Shown piece by piece: positions 50,801 to 63,118 of a stretch of 64,000 nt of DNA. The notes under the pieces were generated by a model that did not search any database, was not told the DNA's origin, and saw only the letters and a list, made by a program, of their open reading frames with translations. The stretch is taken from the NCBI GenBank assembly GCA_002633005.1, contig NMRA01000182.1:195077-259076 (forward strand), given 5' to 3'. The stretch comes from Phoronis australis (Eukaryota > Animalia > Phoronida). Positions within the stretch are counted from its first letter, which is position 1. The number at the start of each line of letters is the position of its first letter. The position numbers were made by a program, and so were the translations under genes.

Positions 50801-51072
50801 TGGGCAGCATTTGCAGTGCCTGTAGACAAGCTATAGTTGAAGCACATTCCAGTATATTATCTGGGCAGCATTTGCAGTGCCTGTAGACAAACTATAGTTG
50901 AAGCACATTCCAGTATATTATCTGGGCAGCATCCCCAGTGCCTGTAGACAAACTATAGTTGAAGCACATTCCAGTCTATTATCTGGGCAGCATCCCCAGT
51001 GCCTGTAGACAAACTATAGTTGAAGCACATTCCAGTATATTATCTGGGCAGCATCCCCAGTGCCTGTAGACA
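50801..51072. repeat. 61-bp tandem repeat, about 4.5 copies, spanning the SON stop codon
   Basis: TGGGCAGCAT starts at 50801, 50862, 50923, 50984 and 51045. Confidence 0.95.
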
Positions 51073-51153
51073 CACTGTGGCTGCTTGGGCCTTGGCCAGC
51101 TTCTTGTTGCCGCTAGCGATGGATGGTTGGTACTCTGTGTTGTTGACCTTTAC
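51040..51153 (-). CDS. SON: SON last coding exon, dsRBD C-terminal half (VKVNNTEYQPSIASGNKKLAKAQAATVCLQALGMLPR*)
   Basis: tag acceptor. KKxAKAxAA..LxxLG dsRBD helix. TAA at 51042-51040. Confidence 0.92.
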   Translation of the reverse strand, partial: VKVNNTEYQPSIASGNKKLAKAQAATVCLQALGMLPR

Positions 51154-52901
51154 CTAAACAAGATGTCATAAAGAATTATTGCCAATCACTATCATTAAAC
51201 TGAGGTTACTTGGAACAAAAACTGTTCTTAACACAAAGCGCAGTGATGTCAGGATTTGAATCTGGGGAGGTCTCCAAAATTGAAACTTAAATCCATTGTC
51301 TCCACAAATGGTCAACTTGGCATTCAATAGAGTGTATTACTAAGGCAATGGCACTATCTGACTAACTGCATATTCAGGTAGTTACATAGGACAGTTAGCC
51401 CACAAACACACCCATGCTGATGAACTGTTTTCTGCTCTCAATCTCTTCAGATGTTTAAATGGGGGTCTTTACATTCATTAGCAGCACTTAGTAAAGATGG
51501 AGTTGAAAATGGCAGAGCAAAGATAAAAGTGACATTATTGGTTTCATGGTGTTGAGTAAGATGTATTTTTTGAAGTAACTGACTTTGACGAGAGCTATAA
51601 AACACCAAAACGCATTTTTGTGATTTTATTAGAAAATGCCAAATCTCAACGTTGGCCGGCAGCCATTTAGTAGAAGTAACTGAAGTCGAGGCCAGTGACA
51701 TTCGCAGTACACTTAAGTACTCTGTTACTTGTCACATTGGCTTTTAGCTCTACTAACAAAGTGTTGGACTGAGATTATGGATTTGAATACATCTTGGGAC
51801 TGATCTGAAATACATAACATTGGAGCAGATAACATCACTTAACCCGTCGACATATGAGCCTTGTGTATTTTTCAAGCTGATCAAGAAGTATGGCTTATCT
51901 GTTATGAAATGGCGAGTAATGCATCATTACATAAAACCATACTATTCTCTTTCTGCACAGAAAAGCTCCCTCTTAATCATATTTTCCTAGGTGAGGAAAA
52001 TTATTTTATATTTTAGTCACTTCCAAAATCCTATATTTATTAATTTTCATTTATTCTCTTTCCTAATTTTTTCCTTGTAATTGTTCATACAGTAAAGTTT
52101 ATATAATTCATGTATCCTTATATTTGTTCTTTGCATGAGGACCGTAGTGGTAATAAGTCATCAGGTTACTCTTCGCTAATTTCATGAGCCAGTATTTTAC
52201 TATAGGTTTTATTCTTAAGTATGAGATTTGCCAAAAAAGTCTATCTGTCTATAACAATGGGAATTTGACAATAAATGCAAAAGTACTCCTGTATACAATT
52301 AAAAGACGTATAATCAAAATGTGGCTACTGTATAGCTCCACAGATGAGCGCATGCAGCTCATTGTGGAGCTGTGCCTAACTGCAGAACTTAGGGGCATGT
52401 CCCTATTACATGGGACATTTGATTAGAACATGCCTCGATTATGGTGTTCCAGACATAGGCTAAAGGCTGTCTTAAAAATAAAAGCTATGAGTTTTACAAC
52501 TACACCTAGAGTGTCATAAACGCAACAAGCTGTGTGAAATAAAATACTTCAGCAGTATATTATTAAAAAATTACGCTGCACCTATAATTGGAGCACAGCA
52601 TGCCATTAATTGCATAACTTAGGCGCATGCTTGAATATGTGGGAAATTTGAGGCGCATTTGTGGGGTTACACTGTACATTTTTTACAGATAAAGTCTTCA
52701 ACTCTTGCTGTCTAAAAATCTTTTTAAGGAAGGAATTAATAGCACGAAACAATATGATCTTGACATTAGAGCAAGGTACCTTCTGAACATGCCACCTTTT
52801 CACAATAAGACCTTCAGACAAGAGAACTTTCGAACAAAAAATCTTCAAATCAATGACCAATACCATAATACGTAAATACAACAGACATACGTGGCACTCA
52901 C

Positions 52902-53017
52902 CTTGAACAAGAAATTTTTCTTGTGATCTGGACCACTTTCATGGACTAAAATAAAGTCAGGAGAGCCCCAATGACGCCGGTTACAAATCTCAACCAGGGC
53001 CGAAACGGGATGTTTCC
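52902..53017 (-). CDS. SON: SON exon, dsRBD N-terminal half (GKHPVSALVEICNRRHWGSPDFILVHESGPDHKKNFLFK)
   Basis: tag/gtgagt boundaries. Matches SON GKHPVSALMEICNKRRW..SGPDHRK (recalled). Confidence 0.95.
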
Positions 53018-53779
53018 CTAACAAAGAACAGAAACACTAAAATATTACTATGCTCGTTACAACATACAAATACTGCAATAAGCTCACCACAAGTGTAAGC
53101 ATTGTGATCAAAATTGATACTACATGAAAATAAGTGAACTAATTTAAATCCAATAAATTGTCATCAATGATGAATTACAAGCATTTCCAGTCACTAACTC
53201 ACGTTAACACGCACACTCTACCCGCACTGCTGATTTCAGCTGCAATACCATCTCTCTACAGTGCAGCTAATCAGTGAACGAGCAGAAATCAATTTCAAAA
53301 TGGATTACAGCTGTTACAAACCCTCCTTTCATAAAAAATACAATCAAATATTTGTCTTTACTCAGGTAACAATTGTGTGCCTTGGAAGAACAGACAGTCC
53401 AGCTGGTCATTTTACGAATTAAACATACTCTCAAGAAAAAATGAACTGCCAAGCTAGGGCAAATTTAAATACAGTCGAATCCAAAAGTTGTAACCCTTTT
53501 TGGTAGAAGATGAGATTGTAGCAGCTTTAAACAATTAATTAACGGCTTGTAACTAGCTTAGCAAATGGCTGCATACAATAAATGTGAAAATTGGAAGAGA
53601 ATTTACAGAAAACTTCTGCTCCAGAATTTAGCAGAGACAAGAAGATGAAACCAGAGAATATTTCCAGGAAAATGCTTTAAAATTCTGCAAACACCCAATG
53701 AGATCATCAATTTTAATTAAAAACTTGTGCATCAGTAACCATGCAAATATCGATTCAGGGTTGGATAAATAGTTGTTAC

Positions 53780-53851
53780 CTGACATGTCCCTGGCCACCT
53801 TTACTGCAGGTAAAGCAGCTTTCTTGCCACCCTCTCCCTCAGTTGTAAGGC
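53780..53851 (-). CDS. SON: SON linker exon (GLTTEGEGGKKAALPAVKVARDMS)
   Basis: cag/gtaac boundaries. Phase 1 at both ends, joining the G-patch to the dsRBD. Confidence 0.85.
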
Positions 53852-54302
53852 CTGAAATGACAAAACAAAACCAGGGGGTGAAATGCCCTTTCGAGTAAAA
53901 GGTCAGTGAGAATACAACCAAAAACACAGATGGTTATGTATAATGGTTGAAATTCTTGAGTTAAATGCAAGTCATTGTTAGCAGACAATATGCGAGTTCA
54001 CAGCCCTACACATTTAGCTTATGGCATTGAGATAAGAGTTGCCTAACGAATCAAGACATTCGTTTTCACCATTTCAGAAGTATTGCCGGATGGCCGTGCT
54101 ATGTTATGCAAATTCGTTTTCATTTATTTGTAAAACTAGCGTTCTGTCCAGGGGGAAGTTGTAAGACTTTTACGTACTTGCAGAACAGAAACTGGAGGAA
54201 TTAAGTAACCTATTGAGCCTGATGGCCTCCAAAAGAATTACTAAAATAACTGTTACAACCCCAGTACTAATGACCAGTGGCTCCAACCATCATTTTACCC
54301 AC

Positions 54303-54450
54303 CTTTCCTGTCCACTTTAAAATCCAGCACTAGGGGCTCAGCCGGCCCCTCACTGTTCTTGCCTAGCCCCTGTCCCTCCTTCCAGCCCATCTTCTGTAGA
54401 AGGAACATACCAACACCCCCTTTCACAGGGGCAGCCTTTTGGAACTGGTC
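54303..54450 (-). CDS. SON: SON G-patch exon (DQFQKAAPVKGGVGMFLLQKMGWKEGQGLGKNSEGPAEPLVLDFKVDRK)
   Basis: G-patch consensus. tag/gtggg boundaries. Confidence 0.95.
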
Positions 54451-56332
54451 CTAAAACATGGAAACAGTGGTCAATGACAAGACAACATATCACGCAGCAG
54501 ACTTATGTCATTTAATTAGTTCAAATGCACAAGAACTGCATAAGAATGTCGACATCTGTTAATGACAGATGGCAAAACTTATCAATTTACACCTTAACTA
54601 TACAATTTACACCTTAACTACACAATTTACAACTTAACTATATAATTTCCGAACGTTACAAATCTGTATATGATTGCGTTTAATTTGTGAATTTGTCAAA
54701 TAATTTCCACTCGTTCACAAATTTATTTACTAGCTTCTGCAAGTCCTATTTTTGGAAGTGAATAATCATTGTAGCTTAGTAATACCCAGGACTACGTGAA
54801 CATAAATCACAAGTAAACCATNTTGAGGTCTGAACACTGGAGGTTATTCATGTTCCAGGGCCCAGACCTCAAGAACACCTGGGGCAGACAGATGGGATGA
54901 AACATGCTTTAAAACAGTGTGCCACTATGAGAGGCGACAAAACATTGTGATGAAGCATGTTTTATAGTTAAATGTCAAAACAAAGAGAGCCCACCACACC
55001 ACTAGAGATATATTTAAATACACAAATCATTAGGTTCAAGTAAAACTGTCGGTGCCTTATGACAAGCGATTTGGCATCTACCCGGCCGTCAGAGGGACGG
55101 ATAGGCAAACCGCCTGTCACAAATGTGAGTCTGTAGCCTTGGTGATGAATACCTGTAACAGAGCTATGATAAGTAGGTGTTGTAATGCCTATGCACTCAT
55201 ACCTAGTAGTTAGGTGCAGAAAAACTTAATTTAATTGTGGCCTAAGCTGCACTATAAACCATGTTTTGTTGTCAAAAAGCAACTTCAGTCACAGGCATAC
55301 GTTGCACTTCCGAAGCGAAGTTGTCACATTTTTATTCTTTACCTAAATTAAGATTGGTTACAATAAAACGCCTGGAATTTGTCACACTGAGGCAATACCG
55401 AACTGCTAGATCTCCGCAAGCTTAGATATCATTTGGGAAATTTGTAAAGAATAAGATGTGACCAGATTCTACAAAAGTAAATCACCTAAATAAAAAAACG
55501 CATTTACTTCATCTTTCAATACTTGGCAGATTTCAAAGCCACAAAAATTGCTGCAAATTTTGAACAATTGGAAATACGGTCAGATCCTACAATAGCACAG
55601 AGAGGATAATCTTGTGAATTTGTCAGTGGAAAATAGTGCCTCAAATGAAAGTTACAAGATTTCAATGAAACCAAAGAGACAGTTCTACTGCAAAATCTCA
55701 CAAGTTTCAGACAAAAATAGAGCCTTTGTCATTTTTCAAGAACTGATACTGTTCTTAGTGTCTACACTTGTTGAGAATATTGTAAGGCTAGTTACGGAAC
55801 AGAACTTAAAAATAGTTCTGCATTAATTTATTAATTCTTAAATCTTAAAGTTGGAAAATAAAATTTCTCTTGTCAACCATGTCATGTCCTAAATTGGTGA
55901 GATTTAACAGTACAGGAAAATGTGTCAAACTGGAATTACCTTATAAGGGATAAAACATAGACTGAAAGGGCATAATCCCAAAATCACAAAAAATTTCTTT
56001 GACATGACTAAAGGATTTTCCACTGGGAGAAAAAAATAATCCTCTACTGACAAGAGTAATCCTAATCAAACCACATAACACCTGTTAGAAACCTTTGAAC
56101 ATGTTATTATGTGGAGTACTTCGGATTACTAACCGTTTCAGATTTTATTGCATAAAGTGCAAAAGATCAAACTGGGGTAAAATAATCTAAGTGAAACTTA
56201 AACCAAGAGTTCTTATGAAACTCTTCAAGCCAATATTTAGAACATTCTAGTCTCAAAAACACCACCAGGTTTGTATCAGTGCATAAACATTCAACACCGG
56301 TTGAAAAAAGAAAAAAATCCAACACAGCTTAC

Positions 56333-56455
56333 CTTTTTAAACCAAGCCTGGTTTTTTGGATGTGTTCCACTCAGTTCCTGAGCAGACAGTATCTGGACCC
56401 CAGTGGAGCCAACAAACTGTCCTGGCAGGTTCTTTGAGTTTGCCCATTGGTTCAT
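56333..56455 (-). CDS. SON: SON exon (MNQWANSKNLPGQFVGSTGVQILSAQELSGTHPKNQAWFKK)
   Basis: PGQFxGSTG..QAWxKK motif typical of SON. tag/gtaagc boundaries. Confidence 0.93.
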
Positions 56456-58166
56456 CTAAAAACAGTGAATTAGTCACATCAAATATTACTAGCACAAAAT
56501 ACGCCAAATACCACCAGACCTGTGTACCACCAAAACTGCATTGGAGTACTCTGAACACCAGATTTGCAGATTTTTCAGTAAATTTGTAGATTTTCACGTA
56601 CAGACCAAATTTACCCTAAAATAAGGGGATTTGAATTTTTCGCAGTGGGTCTTTCACCAACTAAAAAAATACTAACAATGGGTTTGCTCAGCGTTCAGAG
56701 CTTTCGCCGAATTCTAGCCTTTTTAGTGGACTTTTGTCTCGTTTTCTCGGACATTTGTTTTCTCTTTTTTGCCCACTTTGCCAAATGGGGGACTCATTCA
56801 AGCCCCCCCCCCTGGGTACGCACATGGGTACTTTTACTACTTACTTGCCTCCAAAACAGTTTCTAAAATACACATAGTAAACTGATCGTCAATTTTCAGA
56901 ATAATTTAAGTTATTTAGCTGAGGGACAACGCAATTAGCGAAAAGATCCTGTTAATCAATAGAAAATGTCCTTACTGAACTTAGTTATGTTAATAGATGC
57001 CTAAAGTACACCTCATTTCTTAACACAAAAACATATCTGCAAAAATGAGTTGATGAATCTGCACTGGACAATATTTTGCACCAGACGATATTTTCTTAAC
57101 CATTCACAAAAGTTTTGAATAATTACTCATTGCAAGTGTCTGTGAACACCACCGTACCACCGTACTGCATGCGAACCTCGAAGCTCGAGGCTCGACTGTG
57201 GCTCGAGTATTATCGTCAGCTCAACAACATGCTACAAAGTCGAAGTCAGTGCAGTCACCATGTCCGCAAAAAAACAACACTCTATACAACTAGCAGTATA
57301 AATTCCAAGGTCCCTTGAATAAGACATTGTCATTCTTTGGAATAACATGGCAAAAACAGATGTTCTCTTCTTTCAGAAGCTACTTTCTTCACAGCTCAGA
57401 ATATGTGACCACTCATGCTTTGTCATTTTGTCAACAGTACATATTTAGCAGTAAATAGCCGGAATTAGACAAAGTAAGCAATCCACAAATCACAGAAGTC
57501 GTTGCTAATAGGTTAGGCCTGTGACACACATACCGATTGAAGAGGCCTCGCGATTCGCCAATTATTAGGATATTTTGAGAATGAAACAAAAGTTTTCCGA
57601 GTTTGTAGCTCTACTTTTTGGCTAAAATAATAATTTTACAATATATTTTTCTAATTTCTAACTTTAAAATCTTCTTCCTTGTTCATTTTGACTACAAATC
57701 AACATATTTATTGAGAAACAAGCGAATCAATAATCTCTTTTGAATTCGCGTATTTTTACCTGGCAGTGCGCACTGAAGGTTTGATTTCCGAACGAATCCG
57801 CACTTTTTGTGTATGGCACACAGGTCTGTACCATCACTCTTCGTATTAATAATTAACTTGGGCAATACAGTCAGGACACAAGATTTAAGCATTTCAACGT
57901 TTTGTATGCTTATGTAGGTACACTTAAATTTGACTTGTTACCCCAACAAGTGTTAAGCATCAAAATAGATGTATAAACAAATGTCTCCCAGCCCTATGAC
58001 AGACATACAAGCGAATATTAACAAAATCAAAAAACCAAAAGTTGTAATGCACCAATGAATTCAGAGGAATGAAATGATTCAAAACACAACCACCATCAGG
58101 AAACAGAGATGACATGATTTCCATGATCTGTGAGTTAAGACATTATGTGCATTGTGATCAACTGAC

Positions 58167-58277
58167 CTTTTGCTGGACACTGTACATCTGGGTCATGGCT
58201 TGAACATCATTGGGATTCTCCTGCAGCTTGCGCACGGCCTTCAACCGTTCCGACACAATGGCACCAATATCAACAGG
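58167..58277 (-). CDS. SON: SON exon (PVDIGAIVSERLKAVRKLQENPNDVQAMTQMYSVQQK)
   Basis: cag/gtcag boundaries. Conserved SON segment. Confidence 0.9.
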
Positions 58278-58681
58278 CTGGAAACGACACAAATTGCAAC
58301 ATTACCATAAAGATTAACGTTTAAAATTTCAGAATCGTAACAAAAATATTGAACCTAATGTTTCACCACTTCCTTGCAAAGCGACTTTGACCAAGAAATG
58401 ATGCTGAAAATCCACTCCTCCCTTTGGACAGCTGGAGTACTACAACTATCTAAAGGGTACCAAGGTCACAAATATCATAGCTGCCTAAATTGGTGTCACT
58501 TTAATCCAGATAAAAGATTGCTAGTAGAAGAAATAGTACATCAGGATAATTATAAAAACTGTAAGATAAAGTCAACAAGATCACATGAAAAACAAAAATC
58601 AAAGCAAAAATGTTTTACCAATTTGGTATACCAAGAAAGAAAACTGGAGAAAGTAAAAATGCATGCAAATATATAACTTAC

Positions 58682-58906
58682 ACCAGCAGGTTGATCGGGG
58701 AACACCTTGTCATTTGTTGGGATGGACTGAGGTGAGTCTGGTATTGAAGGGTTGCCAGACGTGGTAGTGGCAGTGCTGGGCTTCTCGACGGGGACCCACT
58801 CCTTAGCACGGTGATGGCTGCCGCTGGACACGGGAAACTCCATGCGCAACTTACCCGACTGCGCAATCTTCTCATGAGGTGTCAATACAGGCAGCTGCTT
58901 GGCATT
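58682..58906 (-). CDS. SON: SON exon (NAKQLPVLTPHEK..LRMEFPVSSGSHHRAKEWVPVEK..VFPDQPAG)
   Basis: FPVSSGxxHR..EWVPVEK motif. cag/gtaagt boundaries. Confidence 0.92.
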
Positions 58907-59405
58907 CTGAGACAGTGACAAAGAGATCAAAATACGTCATTTTCTGTTCACAACAAACGCAGTCCACAAATTTCTCATTCTAAATAGTACTGCATAAAAG
59001 AAAACAATTTTGATATCCCATAAGTTGTAGTGTGCACAAGTCAGTTTGAAGATCAGCAGTTCACTTTTTAGTGAGTCGCACTATTAATTCTAATTCCAAC
59101 AGTGAGAAGGCATCTAGTTGATTTTAACACTCCACACTTCCTTCACAATGACCAATGACGTACTGTGTACAATCCACAGCTGACTCATCAATAGCAGAAT
59201 TAAAACTGACCAATAGCTAGGATGAGCTAAGTTTGAAGACCACATAACTGCCATGCAGATCACACACAACTGCAATCCTCTGATCTTGTATGCTTTCCAT
59301 CAAGTTACCTACGCTCGAGTCTACCTTATGTCCGTACTACAAGAATCTGATGTAGTGCCCCTGCCATAAAAACTGGGGACGGTTACCTTGCCGACATGAT
59401 CTTAC

Positions 59406-59560
59406 CCTAATATTCATGACTATGTTTGATGATTGGTTGACCTTGAAAGGATGATTCATAAAGGGTGCCTCCTCCTCGTCCGAGCCAGCCGCTTTGTTGA
59501 TGTCTGATTCTTCACTAGAACTGATAGCACCTTGTGTCTCGGATATCTTCTGACAAACCT
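59406..59560 (-). CDS. SON: SON exon (VCQKISE..SDEEEAPFMNHPFKV..IVMNIR)
   Basis: HPFK motif. tag/gtaag boundaries with consistent phases. Confidence 0.88.
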
Positions 59561-59909
59561 CTATGGACACAAAACCAGCAACATGACATTATGAGAAAGT
59601 CTACAAGCATTTCGCAAGCAGTAAACTTGAGCTCTAAGACAGAATAAAATAATACACAACTAAAAATTAAAATAACAGAGATAGCAATGGATAAAAAACA
59701 TCCCTGTTATTTTATTTAATTTTACTCAACTTATTAGACTCCCTAGTCTCGGCCATATTTATATATATATAATCACCTTTAGTTAGCAGAATGTAAGAAA
59801 GGAAGTTTTTCTTAAAGATTCTGATTGTAATTGTTAATATTATGATCATTATTCATAGAAATTTTTTCAGCAGAATGCAATGTAAGACATCAACATCAAG
59901 CAAACATAC

Positions 59910-60019
59910 GCGTGAGTTCGTCAATTGATCTTCCACCTGCGCGTAAGCTAGCCACTTCATCTGGCTTCAGGTTGACATTGGGACCAAGACCTGCCCTCAT
60001 GTTAGCATAAGCTTTGGCC
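59910..60019 (-). CDS. SON: SON exon (AKAYANMRAGLGPNVNLKPDEVASLRAGGRSIDELT)
   Basis: AGGxSIxELT motif. cag/gtatgt boundaries. Confidence 0.85.
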
Positions 60020-60780
60020 CTGGTTACAGAGAATGATAATTTAACAGATTAATAACAGAAACATGACATGCTGACATGCATCTTGGCTCTGAACACAATA
60101 TTTACCATGTAAGTTAACACTGGCGTGTGGTATCTAACTGACATTTAGTTGGGGTTATCTCCACGTGTTTCCACATGTGGGTATTTCGGTTAAAAAACAC
60201 ATTATCTTGCAATATCCGACATCAAAAGCAATGCCGAAAGACCATTTATTCATTTAGGCTTCATTACTGCTGGTTCAAGCTCTAAGAAAAATGATTATTT
60301 GCAGACCTATTTTTCAAAATGTCATCGACTTCCATGACTGGCAGTTCTTTGTGAGCGGACTCGCAATCAAACCAGACTCACCACCTGGTGACTGCTGAGC
60401 ACAGACAATAACAGACTGAAAATAGGACCAAGCCACGCCCTCGTGCAGCTCTAGGACTTAACACCACACAGAGAATGGTTGAATAACTGTACTTCAGGCT
60501 GATCAATGGATCTAGGCTAGCCACACCTTCATATATACCCAGCCAGTATACAAGGAAAATGACAATCTGGTTGAAAGACAGAACCTTTCCCCACACTAAC
60601 ACCTGCACAGTCCTCAGTCTTGGATTCAGATAATGTAGTCAATCAGTAGACTGATTAAAATTGCTTTATGCTGTTTCTGTATTAAATCAATAGCATGCAT
60701 GACAAATAATACTTGATAAACATTACTGCCGTAACAATTGGCAAACAATCTACAAGTAGGAAAAAATCAGAATTACGCAC

Positions 60781-60912
60781 ACAGCAATTGCACGCAGCCT
60801 GTCCTTATCAATTCTTTCCCGACTTCGTGAACGACGAGATCGTAATCGATCACCATAGCGATCATCGTCCCTTGACTTGCCCTTGTCCCGTTCCCTTGAC
60901 CTTGAACGCCTC
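60781..60912 (-). CDS. SON: SON exon, end of RS domain (RRSRSRERDK..RSRRSRSRERIDKDRLRAIAV)
   Basis: RS dipeptides followed by the IDKxxLxxIA motif. tag acceptor and gtgcgt donor keep frame with the next exon. Confidence 0.85.
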
Positions 60913-61134
60913 CTACCAAAAAACAACGTATTATACAAGAGCAACGCGGAGCATTGAAATGCACCCACGAATGCACCACAAACGGAGTGCTTCTAGGGTT
61001 GTTTATTAGTTTCATAAAAATAGCCACCAGAGGGCGAACAAACGTCCAATCCATCTGAAAATGGTTACATGCCATTGCATCTTTAATAGAAAGCTATTTA
61101 CCACATTTCATAAAAACCTGTCAAGGAACTTCAG

Positions 61135-63118
61135 AGAAACAAAAGGAGAACAAAAAATAATGAAATTGGCGCTTTGGGACACAGCCTTCATTGGATCCGT
61201 CTGAAAGACGAAGTCATATGTTGTTAGCTTCATATAAATACGAGTACTAAATTTAATAAAGATCCTGCAGTGACTTTAGGAGATGCAGCTATGGGCGCAA
61301 AACAAAACTACCACTAGGAGGTGCTACAGTAGTCGAATGCATCAACCGTCCTCTTCACACTGAGAACATATACACCAATTTTCAAAGTCATCCTCAGAAT
61401 GGTTTGGTAGATCGAGGGGTGGACACCAAAAAACAAGACTCGAAAACAGAAAAAAATGGCCACTAGGTGGCGCAAAAGTTCCTCGATTCCATCCCAAAGC
61501 GGGAGGATAGCATCATCTCACCAATAAATGTCTATATTCCAAACTTTCTGATAATCCATTGAGGACCTTTGAAGATACAGAGGTAAGCCTAAAAATGATA
61601 ATTGTCACTAGGGGGCACAGTGGCAGTCAGATCCGTCCGAAAGTAGTTGCCATCCGTTGTTAACATCATATAAATACACTTGCTAAACTTAGATAAGATG
61701 CTGCAAACAGTTTAGGAGATACAGTCATGGGCGCAAAAAAAACTGCCACTAGGAGGCGCCACAGTTGTCGAAGTCATTGGTAAATCATCCGTCAGCTTCG
61801 TAGTAAGAACATACATGCCAATTCTCACAATCATCTTAAGTGCGGTTTGGTTGATAGAGGGGTGGACGCCAAAAAACAGTAAAAACGGCCACTAGGTGGC
61901 GCAAACTACGTCAAATCCATCCGAAAATGGGAGGATAGCTTCATCTCACTAATAGGTGCCTAAAAATATATTTCAAATTTTATGAAAATACATTGAGGAC
62001 CTTTGAAGATACAGAGGTAAACGTAAAAAACATAAATTGCCACTAGGGGGCACACCAGTAGTCAGATCCGTCCGAAAGTCATTCATTGTCAACATCATAT
62101 AGATATACTTGCAGCATTTAGTAAAGATTCTGCCAATGGTTTAGGAAATAGAGCCATGGGCGCAAAAAGAGACAAAACTACCACTAGGAGGCGTCACAGA
62201 AGTCGAAATTATCGGAAAATCATCGTCAATCGTCCTCTTCATAGTAAGAGCATACATGCCAATTTTCATAATCATACTTAGAGCGGTTTGGTTGACAGAG
62301 GAGTGGACGCTAAAAAACAGACTCGAAAACAGCAAAAATGGCCACTAGGTAGCAAAAACTACGTCGAATCCATCCCAAAACGGGAGGATAGCATCATCTC
62401 TCTAATAAGTGCCTATATTCCATATTTTATGAAAATTCCTTGAAGACCTTTGAAGATACAAAGGTAAACGTAAAAAAATTAAATTGCCACTAGGGGGCAC
62501 ACCGGTAGTCAGATCCGTCGGAAAGTCCTGGTCATCCATTATCATAATTATATAAATACACTTGCAGTAAAGATCCTGCCAGCGGTTAAGGAGATACAGC
62601 CATGGGCGCAAAAAGAGACAGAACTGCCACTAGGAGGCACCACAGTATTCGAAATTGTCGGAAAATCATCGTCAGCCGTCTTCTTCATAATAAAAACATA
62701 CATGCCACTTTCCACGAACATCCTTAGAGCGGTTTGGTTGATAGAGGGGTGGACGCCAAAAAACTCGAAAACAGCAAAAATGGCCACTAGGTGGCGCAAA
62801 CTATGTCGAATCCATCGAAAACGGGAGGATAGCATCATCTCACTAATAGATGCCTATATGTCAAACTTTATGAAAATACGTTTAGGACCTTTGAAGATAA
62901 AGAGGTAAGCGTAAAAAATAAAATGGCCACTAGGGGGCACACCGGTGGTTGGATCCGTCCGAAAGTTCGCTCACGCCGTCCCATCCATGAAAGGAACATA
63001 TCTGCAAAATTTCATGAACGTACCTCAAAGGGTTTTGGAGATAGAGCAGCAGACGACAGACGCCCGATGAAGATGACGGCATAATGCATCCACATATAAA
63101 TATGTGGGCACATAAAAA
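61135..63118 (-). mobile_element. HINE/Helentron-like non-autonomous element carrying an internal higher-order tandem array (3 monomers of ~145 bp, 4 times)
   Basis: The right end has GAC/GACA-type simple repeats, a perfect hairpin CCACATAT-AA-ATATGTGG (63090-63107) and an A run. The interior is 435-446-bp units of three diverged monomers. The family assignment comes from architecture only; the left boundary is approximate. Confidence 0.65.

Noticed and set aside
54583-54648. 20-bp triple repeat CAATTTACACCTTAACTATA in a SON intron
   Set aside because: Ordinary slippage repeat with no further structure.
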